Positions 54,301-60,190 of a stretch of 64,000 nt of DNA are shown here, in pieces. The notes beneath the pieces were generated by a model. It ran no database searches, was not told where the DNA came from, and saw nothing but the letters and a program-made list of their open reading frames with translations. Every line of letters starts with the position of its first letter. Position 1 is the first letter of the stretch. Origin of the DNA: Pirellulales bacterium (lineage in GTDB: Bacteria > Planctomycetota > Planctomycetia > Pirellulales > JACPPG01); assembly GCA_036499395.1 (NCBI GenBank), contig DASYDW010000020.1:8610-72609 (forward strand), read 5' to 3'. Position numbers and translations under genes: made by a program.

Positions 54301-56521
54301 GCTTCCTGAACTGCCGCCCGGAATCGCTTATGAGTTGTCAACTTACTCAAACGACTTGGGCCAAGTGGAATTTGGCAAGACGGATATCCTCGCGCCGGGC
54401 CAGGTCGTCGACCGCGGAGACCTGACGTGCAAGCCGGCCGAGGACGAGGCCGTCGCCGAGGCGGATGCGGATGCAAAGCCCGTAAAAACGAAGTTGATGT
54501 TCCGCATCGACTCAAAACCGGCAGCCCCGGCCGCAGGTGAAAAGCAAGACGTGAAGATAGTTTCTTCGCCTGGCACGAAGGAAGCCACGACCGCAGTTGT
54601 GCGAGGACGCGTTGTTAACGCCGATGGTCAGCCCATTGTCGGGGCTGATGTAGCGGTCATTGCGATGCGCACCGTCAACGAGCCGGGCGGTTTCCTCAGC
54701 GCACTCGGAGAAATTCCCGCCGAGGGGAAGACCGACGACGCGGGGCAATTCACGTTCACGTTTCCGAAGCTGTCCACGAAGACCCATCAATCGGCGTACG
54801 TCATTGCTCGGGCCACGGGCTTGGGCCTGGCCTTTGCAAAGCTAAATCTAAGCGACGGTGAATTCGACGTGACTTTCAAGGTGCTGCCGGAGGAATCAAT
54901 ACGCGTTCGCATCGTAAACGTTGATGGGCAGCCCGGTGTCGGTGTGCCGATGCGGATTCAGGCGATCACTCCTCAAGACGGCGGAGGGGACTGGCAGAAG
55001 TCCATTGCCTTTACTCAGACCAAGACATATCCCGCGGCGTGGTTAACGGCGCCAGTGCCTGATAAGGAGGGGCGATTCGTACTTCATGGCGTACCACCCG
55101 GGTACGGCGTTTCGCTCGACGTGCTGGGCGACGAGCAGTTCGCCCCACAGCAAGTGTCGCTGAATACTGGTTTACCGGAAGAGCGGACCGAACGGGATGC
55201 CACGTATCGCCCACTGGTCAAGAATGGAAAGCCCGGCGAAGAAGTCGTGTTGCCGCTGGCGCCGGCGCAATGGTTCGAAGGGATCGTTCGCGCCGCCGAC
55301 ACGAATGAACCCATTGCGCATGCCAAGGTGTCGGTATGGGCCAGTCAACAGCAATACGGCTCGATGTCGCGCGTTAAAGGCGAATCCGACGACGTGGGCC
55401 ATTACCGCATCAGTTCCCATCCGGGAATCCGCTTCGGCTTCAACGTGATTGCCCCGGACGGCACCCCGTATCTGAACTATAAGACGTCGTTGGACGAGCC
55501 CATCGACTGGCAGACAGGCGAGCATGTACGTAAGGCGGATATCCCGCTGTCGCGCGGCATTCTTGCTCGCGGCACGATCGTCGATGGAAAATCAGGCGAA
55601 CCGATCGCGGGGGCCTCGGTGCAATACATCCCTGAAAGCGACAATAATCCCAACGCAAAACAGGAAATTCTTACCGGTTGGCAAAACATGCGCCCTTCCG
55701 ACGAGCAGGGCCGATTCAATATCGTCGTATTGCCGGGTCCCGGACGGTTGCTGGTGCATGGTCCGAACGGCTCGTACATCCTGCGCGAGATCGGCAGTCG
55801 CGAGCTTTACGGATCGAAACGTGGTGGCGAGCGCAATTATGCCCATGCGATCGAGAAGGTTAATCCTGCGGCCGGGCAGGAACCGCTCGAATTGCGGATC
55901 GCCATCGAGCGCGGTGAGCGAATTCATGGCCGAATCGTCGACGAGCAAGGTTCAAGTGTTAATGAAGTGCTCGTGATTACTGGCTTGAGCATTCGCCCCT
56001 TTTGGCTCACATGGCACGGGGACACCGAACCCACGGAAAGAGATGAGTTCGAGCTGTCCGGCATGGAATCTGGAGTGGAATATCCAACGTTGTTCCTGGA
56101 GCCGAAGCGCCGCCTGGGCGCCGTCGTGAAGCTGAAATCCACTGACACCGAACCGACAATTGTGTTGCATCCGTGTGTCGACGCCAAAGCACGCTTCCTC
56201 GATACCGATGGCGCGCCCAAGGCCGCGATTCGCCCCAATTTCCACCTGGTCGTTAAGCCGGGAGGTTTTCGCTACAACAACCTGGCGCAGCGGATGGGGG
56301 AATTGGCCGCGGATGAAAACTTCGTGGCAAATATCGATCGTGTGAACTACAACGACGGACCAAAAACTGATGACGATGGCCGGGTCGTGTTTCCCGCGCT
56401 CATTCCCGGTGCAACCTACCGGCTGCTCGGAGCGCGCAAAGGCAATTTGACGATGGAACGCGACTTCGTCGTGCCGGCGGGCGAAACGCTCGACCTGGGC
56501 GACATCACGTACGACGATTAG
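42356..56521 (+). CDS. Giant (4,721 aa) BlaR1/MecR1-type M56 signal-transducing metalloprotease fused to six large paralogous extracytoplasmic modules
   Basis: Single uninterrupted track ORF. The N-terminal ~430 aa have hydrophobic helices, HELAH at 43253..43267 followed by RRRDCFWN and FFQPLVW. The remainder is repetitive beta-sandwich-like units of the form GRVxDPDGxPxxGAxV. Confidence 0.85.
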   Translation: MMLASMWIELLESAATICELAGHWFVQSTLLIGVGLLAGRCFANRGAAFTSVIYRTALVAAVLCPLATWLLMQFGLTLGIASLPALRVASIQQVAVYHQADPVSVAQSPPIEPGNPSETWPSTAPDLAGLSRTEDESPDTERRPTTEQAQSFGLSPESSPSPAPGSMLEPTPAAVPPIDTRPAAESADMIVEMVPTLVINPSMATIVASVALVWLFGAFHLLLRLTAAHVALLRLRRAAVPAIAEQQQLCWELAEKMGVWPPAVLTSPFVPGPCLAGVLHSTILLPDELPDVPLATVFVHELAHLRRRDCFWNVARQAVSALLFFQPLVWRLSRRMETTAEEVCDDYVVQHGADRTAYADILVSLAERAWLPASSAVVPLVTFRSLLGRRVARILDGTRRLSLSVSLTALALIVGGGLAATVGTGALGPAGRGTSSESTNAEESIPAPETDAESATAPLNDENADEKSVASGTPPTAVAAVPDANLVLHYRGRVLDPDGKPLAGAAVFFTFDDWGRQLDRTSRRMAATGADGWFDFQTRRSDFEPNVATSWLAPGVVITADGFGCAQAASLAFETTGEARKRMSDVARRRVDEQLVEHDPIVRLVRDDAPLTGRLVSTEGKPLVGARVVARRVYYNTEGILDAWETGVRQPKADADAQYRAVPRGGFPNDMVSILPAAITDRDGRFTLHGVGRERLADIEITGDALEATPLHVRTRNGDAVTLPYRWAATPRALEPRQVYLGNDFLQVIPYAQPVSGRVIDAQTRKPMAQVLVSGGKFDLRPGGIQPRITTQTDDQGRYTLHGLIVGQEEVLHVTPPGGEPYVPIGARVTTALQKPATCDFALRRGVWLRGKVTEKQSGQPLEGVLTYRAFANNLSLSLYPGFIWLSSEHRCHPDEAGNYQLAIPPGPGVISFMATDYKRFRRGAGVETITRPPRMSPGNPPTYAAVPSLFMPEDCTILAQVNPADDAKSVDVNLLPEAGATISVRLVDREGRALSQVECGSTYRDGYWETVDGKGFDVLAYYPTEPRDLFFYDSDRDLAAYHRLEGPAPKELTVVLTPAASVRGRLFDESGAALPHVGLGWFDIPKDRLGQLAISTDDDGRFRIRGLVPGRRYMARAATNVIFGDLVFDSPVAAGEAKDLGDVRLEAVGTTELTKAAEEVNDTTKAADFPEAELVLHYRGRVLDPDGKPVTGAKVFLLSFHDQDNPNDMARPRPVTGDDGWFDFSTRKSDFPLDIGKQWLSPRLTVAANGFGCAAGSSADFETTGEAQKRLSDYDKKLEEFGTEKHGNVLQLARDDAPLTGRLVSTEGKPLADVTVAVQTVWYNAAGDLAPWDAAAKEDRADYYSLRNVVPLFAGVSRLPVVLPATTDAEGRFTLHGIGRERVVDLLIAGPGLETVSIHARTRAGHTVEVPHQWRESERKGSASSRPEIYLANDFLQVIAPAQPVVGRITDVETGAPIADVKVSAGHFGMFLGSGKSYISSTTDAEGRYSLEGLTIGEETKLYITPSKATAYLPAGDDVTTSGTGPTTRDFTLRRGIWVRGRVSEAGTGQPLDGEVAYYAFRDNPHLSDYRGFSRFRGEYGCRPDEQGNFQIAVPPGAGILGFMAREHDRFRRGAGVESVTHAADSQREMMRSYPVVPHGLFSHNKHLVKQIDVAPDAAEVVANLSLVPGATFAGRIVDPAGKPLPGCVMNGQVLSGVWREVEKDSFEVSAYYPDEPRDLYFFHPERNLAAHYHLAGEAPHDLTIQLQPAASVQGRLLNGQGEPATGISFVGEGICSSRFDERDFRGGTDEEGRFHIQGLAPGRKYTVEARENIYDLGRVFADLSLTAGETKDLGDITLVPPDEKSKPVVKVAVGASSANKSKDAAPAAASGTADNADAEPVILNPPPAVEFKKPADVNPKSAPNENSTAAPPIAAVITPEPDLTLRYRGRVVDPDGRPAAGAKIFFHYWVQGAAPRGDLAPLAVTDADGWFDFTTRTSDFDALAENSRYSCGIVATAPGSGFAQGRSIDFETTGEAIKHLSPEVVENVRARRSEQGPSVLQLVRDDVPLVGQVLTIEGKPVAGARVRLHDVMLNSIAKGGGTLDSWEQAAVDSKANFYTLRNQHLPVNINTWQLPSIVPDVKTDAEGRFTVRGIGRERVAKLLIQGPDIEASLVKTRTRAGEILRFGEFSDRTMGGAERSDTVYPHKFTFAAGPSKPVSGRITDADTGAPVAGVTVTAGQTGTFMGFGKVYVSAQTDADGRYRLEGLSIGKREEILAWPPTASGYVPVGAGVTLALDRPASDLDFRLKQGIWLRGQAIDKVTGKPIVGRVQYFSRSKNPQLSSYPGFARARLAYELRSDAQGRFEMPIPPGPGIVTYMAMDHTHYRKGQGAENVAGGSGGEIKTYDTVPMGLFDLNEHVLREINPASTDKSIELTLPIEAGLEVYGKIVDPQGAPLPGGIMSSADYSDFWRTHAIRDNTFHVQGYYHDAPRELFFFNAERNMAGHYHLAGSPPENLVIKLAPAGSIRGRLVDKQGAALARIELTGEGIPSSRHEGPDYMLATDDDGNFLIRGLIPGRRYTVEGRGGEQYGRLLEDVTVEAGPPKDVGDVTLVRPEPKQNATAKTQSELPVTTNPIGVPAIRSASPVDVPEQSATTPEKPIVIVGQVLDPEGRAVAGAEVALQGHRWEWFQSRPDPDRTKTDAQGNFRLEVSKSQFSDGKPKNWAKLARLVARAPGYGMAGMHFSDLQPGIPAKIRLVPDQPIEGRIVDLEGNPVAGAKIDIFSVTTNEQNDLTAWVAALRRGVPFHSSEGNGRPHLELTTGDKKLSDPSSAPWTTDADGRFRITGLGQNRFVNLKLAGGGVVAIDLHVITQPFSTFSMKWDASANVGEVPIHGATFQYIAEPSQPIEGVVRDAKSGDPLPGVRVWSEHLAGAKVSGDFRLQTTADKNGHYRLEGMPRGKGNRICALPQDDQPYFMQEFDVPQADGLAAVQFDLPLHRGVLITGHITAQGTEKAALGGRLFYVPHPDNPHMVDLPEFNSHRLPGPQWRYEADSDGNYRIVGLPGRGYLGLWVMRDEPCPAGQGIDQIKDLPKDEAFYKTTYMFSPRSKSVTAVRELQIGDQDEQATADFVSSSGQRVTLKLVDVQDLPLEGAKIWGLWPRQQHHIEKRAAAQIDVVGLSATEKRRVLLYDESRNLGSAVLVGKQETGEVAITAKLQPCATVNGRLLDKEGEPLASAKVEFQIPGEYDYALGFPSGDTDKDGRFRVTNLPTGCSWDILCRAPNIVGVSIVSGLTPAPGETIDVGEFDITADERPVLIRTTRTGAAPGNAQANADKTEAASPAIVKTSDGASPSDNPVTKSESPAEKQVIAGRVTQPDGQPIAGARVWLMRYTIADISWDNKNITLAETTTDAQGAFRLDHPAEVAPFSDRERFLRTSLVVAATAPGFGLTCKPRSAEAKKDLELTLPPATVKAQGQVLNLEGRPLVGAQLRVIGISDPHDDMPGWIAKAKLNPRESGNTLLMEAKADRRRSSKRAAVYFPEFPMGAIPRELTGPFVTDAQGRVDLGVWGDNRLLQVELSGPGMAKSWVHIITYPMPPIFEPSGDPRYVNASYFGADFRLTVEPEQVIQGTIADAEKGTPIAGAEVRLFQFGDSLLGVHGFVSSTTDAQGKYVLHGVAKPKQPNAQHRLEVLPGPSSPYFRTTFRVPRQDGLAPITHDVSLRHAAWITGRATEKATGKPVRGAVSYYPFLDNEQARNYSNFTPGMTSMGYDDHYPTAEDASFRLPAIVGRGVLLFIAEDQDEYPAADGVDQIAGLKGGKERNLNLYHFASADLANALREVNIMPEDTDVRLNVELPSFAGYPIRFVDSRGSPVAGVMARRLRPPHGRREYNGWGDVKPVGSETILRGFEELESMPVIALARAKGLGAVHEFRKSDFDGDKAYELKLEPCATVKGRLVDKSGKPLRGISVTAKWNPFTGQKTRSWRSWEHNINSLFSDAEGRFSLPELPPGIAYELSTYSNDLGQVEFGKTDILAPGQVVDRGDLTCKPAEDEAVAEADADAKPVKTKLMFRIDSKPAAPAAGEKQDVKIVSSPGTKEATTAVVRGRVVNADGQPIVGADVAVIAMRTVNEPGGFLSALGEIPAEGKTDDAGQFTFTFPKLSTKTHQSAYVIARATGLGLAFAKLNLSDGEFDVTFKVLPEESIRVRIVNVDGQPGVGVPMRIQAITPQDGGGDWQKSIAFTQTKTYPAAWLTAPVPDKEGRFVLHGVPPGYGVSLDVLGDEQFAPQQVSLNTGLPEERTERDATYRPLVKNGKPGEEVVLPLAPAQWFEGIVRAADTNEPIAHAKVSVWASQQQYGSMSRVKGESDDVGHYRISSHPGIRFGFNVIAPDGTPYLNYKTSLDEPIDWQTGEHVRKADIPLSRGILARGTIVDGKSGEPIAGASVQYIPESDNNPNAKQEILTGWQNMRPSDEQGRFNIVVLPGPGRLLVHGPNGSYILREIGSRELYGSKRGGERNYAHAIEKVNPAAGQEPLELRIAIERGERIHGRIVDEQGSSVNEVLVITGLSIRPFWLTWHGDTEPTERDEFELSGMESGVEYPTLFLEPKRRLGAVVKLKSTDTEPTIVLHPCVDAKARFLDTDGAPKAAIRPNFHLVVKPGGFRYNNLAQRMGELAADENFVANIDRVNYNDGPKTDDDGRVVFPALIPGATYRLLGARKGNLTMERDFVVPAGETLDLGDITYDD
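43811..56518 (+). repeat. Six tandem paralogous coding modules (about 640-690 aa each) separated by low-complexity A/P/T/S/E/K linkers
   Basis: Approximate module spans: 43811..45793, 45878..47875, 48128..50135, 50281..52225, 52397..54430, 54593..56518. Opening motifs: LVLHYRGRVLDPDGKP (x2), LTLRYRGRVVDPDGRP, IVIVGQVLDPEGRA, VIAGRVTQPDGQP, VVRGRVVNADGQP. Closing motifs: AGEAKDLGDVR, AGETKDLGDIT, AGPPKDVGDVT, PGETIDVGEFDIT, PGQVVDRGDLT, AGETLDLGDIT. Modules 1-3 are clearly alignable by eye. Modules 4-6 are more diverged, and all boundaries are approximate. Confidence 0.7.
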
Positions 56522-56567
56522 CAGAAATGACGTGATCCCGATGACCGGAGTGTGAAAGGTACACGCT

Positions 56568-57959
56568 ATGCCGAAAGAGTCATCCGAGACTATCGCGTCG
56601 GCTTACTGGCCGCGCTACGAACCGTCGGAACAGGCGCCGTGGAATCTGCGCCGCGTCGTTCATCTGCATCGCCGCGCCGGTTTTGCCGGCACGTGGCAGG
56701 AATTGACACGCGACCTTTCCGATGGCCCGCAAGCTTCGATCGACCGCTTCTTGCATGGGAATGCTTATTCGACGGCGCTGCCCGACGATTTCGAGACGGT
56801 GTCGCAGGCCTTGTCCGACGCGGCCGTGTCGTCGAGCAATCCGCAGCGGCTGAAGGCGTGGTGGCTCTATCGCATGATCTTTTCGGCCAATCCGCTGGCC
56901 GAGCGTTTGACCCTGCTGTGGCACAATCATTTCGCAACCAGCAACGCCAAAGTCGACAGCGTCGAGATGATGCGCGACCAGAATGTGACACTGCGGGCCA
57001 GCGCCAGCAAATCGTTCAAAGAATTGCTGCCGGCCGTCGTCAAAGGGCCGGCCATGCTCGTCTGGCTTGACGCCGACAAGAATCGCGCCGGCCATGCCAA
57101 TGAGAATCTCGGGCGCGAATTGCTCGAACTGTTCACACTCGGCATCGGCCACTACACCGAGGACGACGTGCAGCAGGCGGCTCGCGCGCTGACGGGCTGG
57201 CGCGTCGTGGGACGTGCGTTTCGCAATGACGAGAAGATTCACGATGCGGGCGACAAGACGATACTCGGTCATACAGCAAGGTTTTCCGGAGACGACCTCC
57301 TCGCGATTGTGCTCGCGCAGCCGGCCACCGCTCATCGCATTGCGGCGCGCATTTGCCGAATGCTATTGGGCGAGGCGAGTGTCGAGCCAGGGGCCGTCGA
57401 CGCGCTGGGCGAGGGCCTGCGTGAACATGACCTGGACATTGGCTGGGCCGTGGAAACAGTGCTGCGCTCTGAGCAGTTCTTCGCCGAGAACGCGGTGGGG
57501 CAACGTTTCGTCGCCCCGCCGGAATATGTCGTTGGCGCCGTGCGAGCTCTGGAATGTCTCGCGCAACCTCCCAGCACGCTACTTTTGGCCGAGGCCGCTA
57601 CCCGGATCGGGCAAGATCTGTTTTATCCGCCGAACGTGGGTGGCTGGAACGAAGGCCGATCTTGGCTGAACACCTCCGCCGTCGTGGCTCGCACCGGTTT
57701 CGCATCAGCACTCGTCGAGGGGCGACTGATGCATGACAATACGCCTCCCGATTTCGCGGCGCTCGTCGAACGGCACGCCAGCACAGCGGATTTGTCTGGC
57801 GCGACGCGCTGGCTTGGTGAATTGTTGTTTGGCGGCTTGCCGTCAGAAACGATCGATCTGGTCGCGCGCGAGGCCGCACGGAATGCTGATCCACGACGCT
57901 CCCCCTTGGCCACGGCCGTGCTGTTCCTGCTTTCGCGTCCCGAAGCGTATTTGGGTTGA
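56568..57959 (+). CDS. DUF1800 domain protein
   Basis: 463 aa. WWLYRMIFSANPLAERLTLLWHNHFATS, ENLGRELLELFTLGIGHYTEDDV, PPNVGGW. Confidence 0.85.
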   Translation: MPKESSETIASAYWPRYEPSEQAPWNLRRVVHLHRRAGFAGTWQELTRDLSDGPQASIDRFLHGNAYSTALPDDFETVSQALSDAAVSSSNPQRLKAWWLYRMIFSANPLAERLTLLWHNHFATSNAKVDSVEMMRDQNVTLRASASKSFKELLPAVVKGPAMLVWLDADKNRAGHANENLGRELLELFTLGIGHYTEDDVQQAARALTGWRVVGRAFRNDEKIHDAGDKTILGHTARFSGDDLLAIVLAQPATAHRIAARICRMLLGEASVEPGAVDALGEGLREHDLDIGWAVETVLRSEQFFAENAVGQRFVAPPEYVVGAVRALECLAQPPSTLLLAEAATRIGQDLFYPPNVGGWNEGRSWLNTSAVVARTGFASALVEGRLMHDNTPPDFAALVERHASTADLSGATRWLGELLFGGLPSETIDLVAREAARNADPRRSPLATAVLFLLSRPEAYLG

Positions 57960-57992
57960 TTACATAGAAAGAGCCTCACCGGAGCCATCGCC

Positions 57993-59195
57993 ATGTTGAC
58001 GCGACGCGAGTTACTGAAGCACTCGGCTTTATTGTCGCTAGCCCCTTGTGTGCCGGCATTTCTTAGCCGGACCGTTCATGCCGCAGAGCGTGACCGCGAG
58101 GGGCGCGTCTTGGTCGTCATTCAGCTCGACGGCGGTAACGACGGTTTGAACACGGTGATCCCTTTCCGAGACGAGAATTACGCGCGCTTGCGGCCCAAGC
58201 TGGCGCTCAAGGATGATCGACGGATCAAGATCACCGACGACGTGGCACTGCATGCCTCGCTGAAGCCCGTCGCTGCGCTCTTTGAGGACAAAAGTCTGGC
58301 AATCGTGCAGGGGGTTGGCTACCCCAATCCCAACCGCTCGCACTTCCGCAGCATGGCCATCTGGCAATCGTCGCGCCTGGAAGACGCGGAGCACGGACAA
58401 TATGGCTGGCTAGGACGCACGCTCGACAAACGGGCCACGGCTGAAAGCAGCCCGGACGCGGTGTACGCCGGCACCGGCGCAGTGCCTGTCGCGCTGTGGG
58501 GACGTCGCAGCGTGACGGCGGCGATCTCTTCGCTCAATGACCTGTCGCTGTCGGTGCCCCCCGACATTCTGCGCAGTGCCATGGCCGAGACCGCCGACGC
58601 CGGTGAACTCGCGCGACTGGTCGCCCGCGCGAGTGACGACGCATTTACGACGGCCCAGCGGCTGACGGCCGTGACTCAAGCGCCGAAGTCGGGAGCAACC
58701 GGTTACGGCGATTCGCGCCTGGCCGAGCAGTTGCGAATCGTCTCGGCGTTGCTCAAATCCGGCAGCCCGACGCGCGTTTTTTACACATCGCAGAGTGGTT
58801 ATGACACGCATGCCGTGCAGGCGAACGAACATTCGCAGTTGCTGCGAACGCTATCAGGCGCGCTTAAGGGTTTTCTCAATGATCTCTCCGAGAGCGGTCT
58901 CGCGGATCGTGTGCTGGTGCTCGCCTTCAGCGAATTCGGCCGCCGCGTGGCAGAGAACGACTCGGCGGGCACCGATCACGGCGCGGCTGGTCCCGTTTTC
59001 CTGGCGGGAAACTGCCTGGCTGGCGGAGTAATCGGGAGCACGCCCAACCTGGCTGACCTGGTCGACGGAGACGTTCGTACGACTGTCGATTTCCGCCAGG
59101 TCTATGCGACAATCCTGGAAGAATGGCTCGACGTTCGGGCGGCCGAGGTTTTAGGCGGCGTCTTTGCGCCACTCCCTTTGTTCAAGTCAGCTTGA
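57993..59195 (+). CDS. DUF1501 domain protein (sulfatase/alkaline-phosphatase-like superfamily), Tat signal
   Basis: 400 aa. MLTRRELLKHSALLSLAP. LDGGNDGLNTVIPF, QSGYDTHA, FSEFGRRV, GTDHGAAGP. Confidence 0.85.
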   Translation: MLTRRELLKHSALLSLAPCVPAFLSRTVHAAERDREGRVLVVIQLDGGNDGLNTVIPFRDENYARLRPKLALKDDRRIKITDDVALHASLKPVAALFEDKSLAIVQGVGYPNPNRSHFRSMAIWQSSRLEDAEHGQYGWLGRTLDKRATAESSPDAVYAGTGAVPVALWGRRSVTAAISSLNDLSLSVPPDILRSAMAETADAGELARLVARASDDAFTTAQRLTAVTQAPKSGATGYGDSRLAEQLRIVSALLKSGSPTRVFYTSQSGYDTHAVQANEHSQLLRTLSGALKGFLNDLSESGLADRVLVLAFSEFGRRVAENDSAGTDHGAAGPVFLAGNCLAGGVIGSTPNLADLVDGDVRTTVDFRQVYATILEEWLDVRAAEVLGGVFAPLPLFKSA

Positions 59196-59214
59196 AACTC
59201 GACGAGAACGGGGG

Positions 59215-59231
59215 GCAGCGTGTACCGCTGC
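59215..59231. terminator. Small GC hairpin (GCAGCG-TGTAC-CGCTGC) between convergent genes
   Basis: Read directly, between the DUF1501 stop (59195) and the stop of the minus-strand lipoprotein gene (59231..59233). No U-tract, so only a weak terminator candidate. Confidence 0.25.
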
Positions 59232-60187
59232 TAGTTCAACAGGCCAGAGAGCCAGTGCATGATGTTGAGGGCCATTTGGCGGTTGTCGCACCCCGGCACG
59301 TTCATGCCCATCCTGCCTACCGGTTCGCTACCATAGATTTGTGCTGATAGCTCTGCAGCTTCACCCAGCACGACGACGCGTCCCTTGCCATGTTGGAATG
59401 CGATCCCTTGCGCGCGGCCACGGGCCGAGCGTTCTTGCCCCGGCCCGAGGGTATCGACCGCGGTGTCAGCGAACTTCACAAATGCGATGCTGTCCGGTGG
59501 TCCTATTAATGACTGGCCGGTGAAGGTCAAGACGCGGTTGACCTTTTCGGATTCGTCGCGGCCTAGTGTGACAGGATGATCGGCCACCAGACCCTTGTCG
59601 CGACCAAACAGCAGACCATCTTTCGTTTCGTTGGCCGTATCACTGGCGACGCCCTCGCTCATGTCTACGCCGAATCGGCCGGCCAGCGTCGCGGCGGCCG
59701 TACCAAAGGGCTGATGGTCTGTGATTAGCAGCAGCGATCCGCCCTGATCGACGAAGTCCTGGACCGCCTGACATTCAGCCTCGGTAAAGGCGGAATCTCG
59801 CATATCGCTCGCGTTTACGGCATTGGCAATCACCAGCACAGCAGCGTTTTGCAAGGTGTCGGCCGTGAAAGGCTGCTCGTTCGGCACGATGCGATAGCCG
59901 TCATACCTCATCAAGTCAGCGAATACCCGGTATCGGCCGAACGTGGTATGGAAGTTGTTGTGGGCTTCGTCAAAGAGAACGATCGGATGTGTATCCGGAT
60001 AGGCGGGGTGCGCAATCGTCGTATCGAACTGTGGATCCGCGCGCTGGCCGGTTTCCGCAGGTTTTGCGCTGCACGAAACGCCGGTTATCACGCCTGCGAC
60101 CAATGCCGCCAGCAGGAACAAGACCGTTCCCGTGGCCTGTCGGCGCGGTCTGACGCTAGCCGCCGACGATTTGCAAAGCGATGGCAT
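59231..60187 (-). CDS. Exported lipoprotein of unknown function (possibly DUF4350-like)
   Basis: 318 aa. Lipobox-like LVAGVITGVSC. IVLFDEAHNNFHTTFGRY...VLVIANAV...QGGSLLLITDHQPFG. The start is 3 nt after the stop of the upstream TPP-enzyme gene. Confidence 0.6.
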   Translation of the reverse strand: MPSLCKSSAASVRPRRQATGTVLFLLAALVAGVITGVSCSAKPAETGQRADPQFDTTIAHPAYPDTHPIVLFDEAHNNFHTTFGRYRVFADLMRYDGYRIVPNEQPFTADTLQNAAVLVIANAVNASDMRDSAFTEAECQAVQDFVDQGGSLLLITDHQPFGTAAATLAGRFGVDMSEGVASDTANETKDGLLFGRDKGLVADHPVTLGRDESEKVNRVLTFTGQSLIGPPDSIAFVKFADTAVDTLGPGQERSARGRAQGIAFQHGKGRVVVLGEAAELSAQIYGSEPVGRMGMNVPGCDNRQMALNIMHWLSGLLN

Positions 60188-60190
60188 GGT

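Noticed and set aside
42510-56345. Dozens of 60-250-aa ORFs on both strands inside the giant gene (e.g. 46535..47275, 47166..47789, 49328..49960); also considered whether the periodicity could be a CRISPR or non-coding tandem array
   Set aside because: One 14-kb frame is open throughout and encodes repeated, conserved protein motifs, whereas the others are short and frame-inconsistent. The repeat units are about 2 kb, diverged at synonymous sites and lack short direct repeats with spacers, so this is not CRISPR.
56552-57335. Alternative ORFs overlapping the DUF1800 gene (56552..57070 +, 56580..57335 -)
   Set aside because: The 56568..57959 frame carries the DUF1800 signature (LWHNHFATS, LFTLG). 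The competing frames are Arg-rich shadows.
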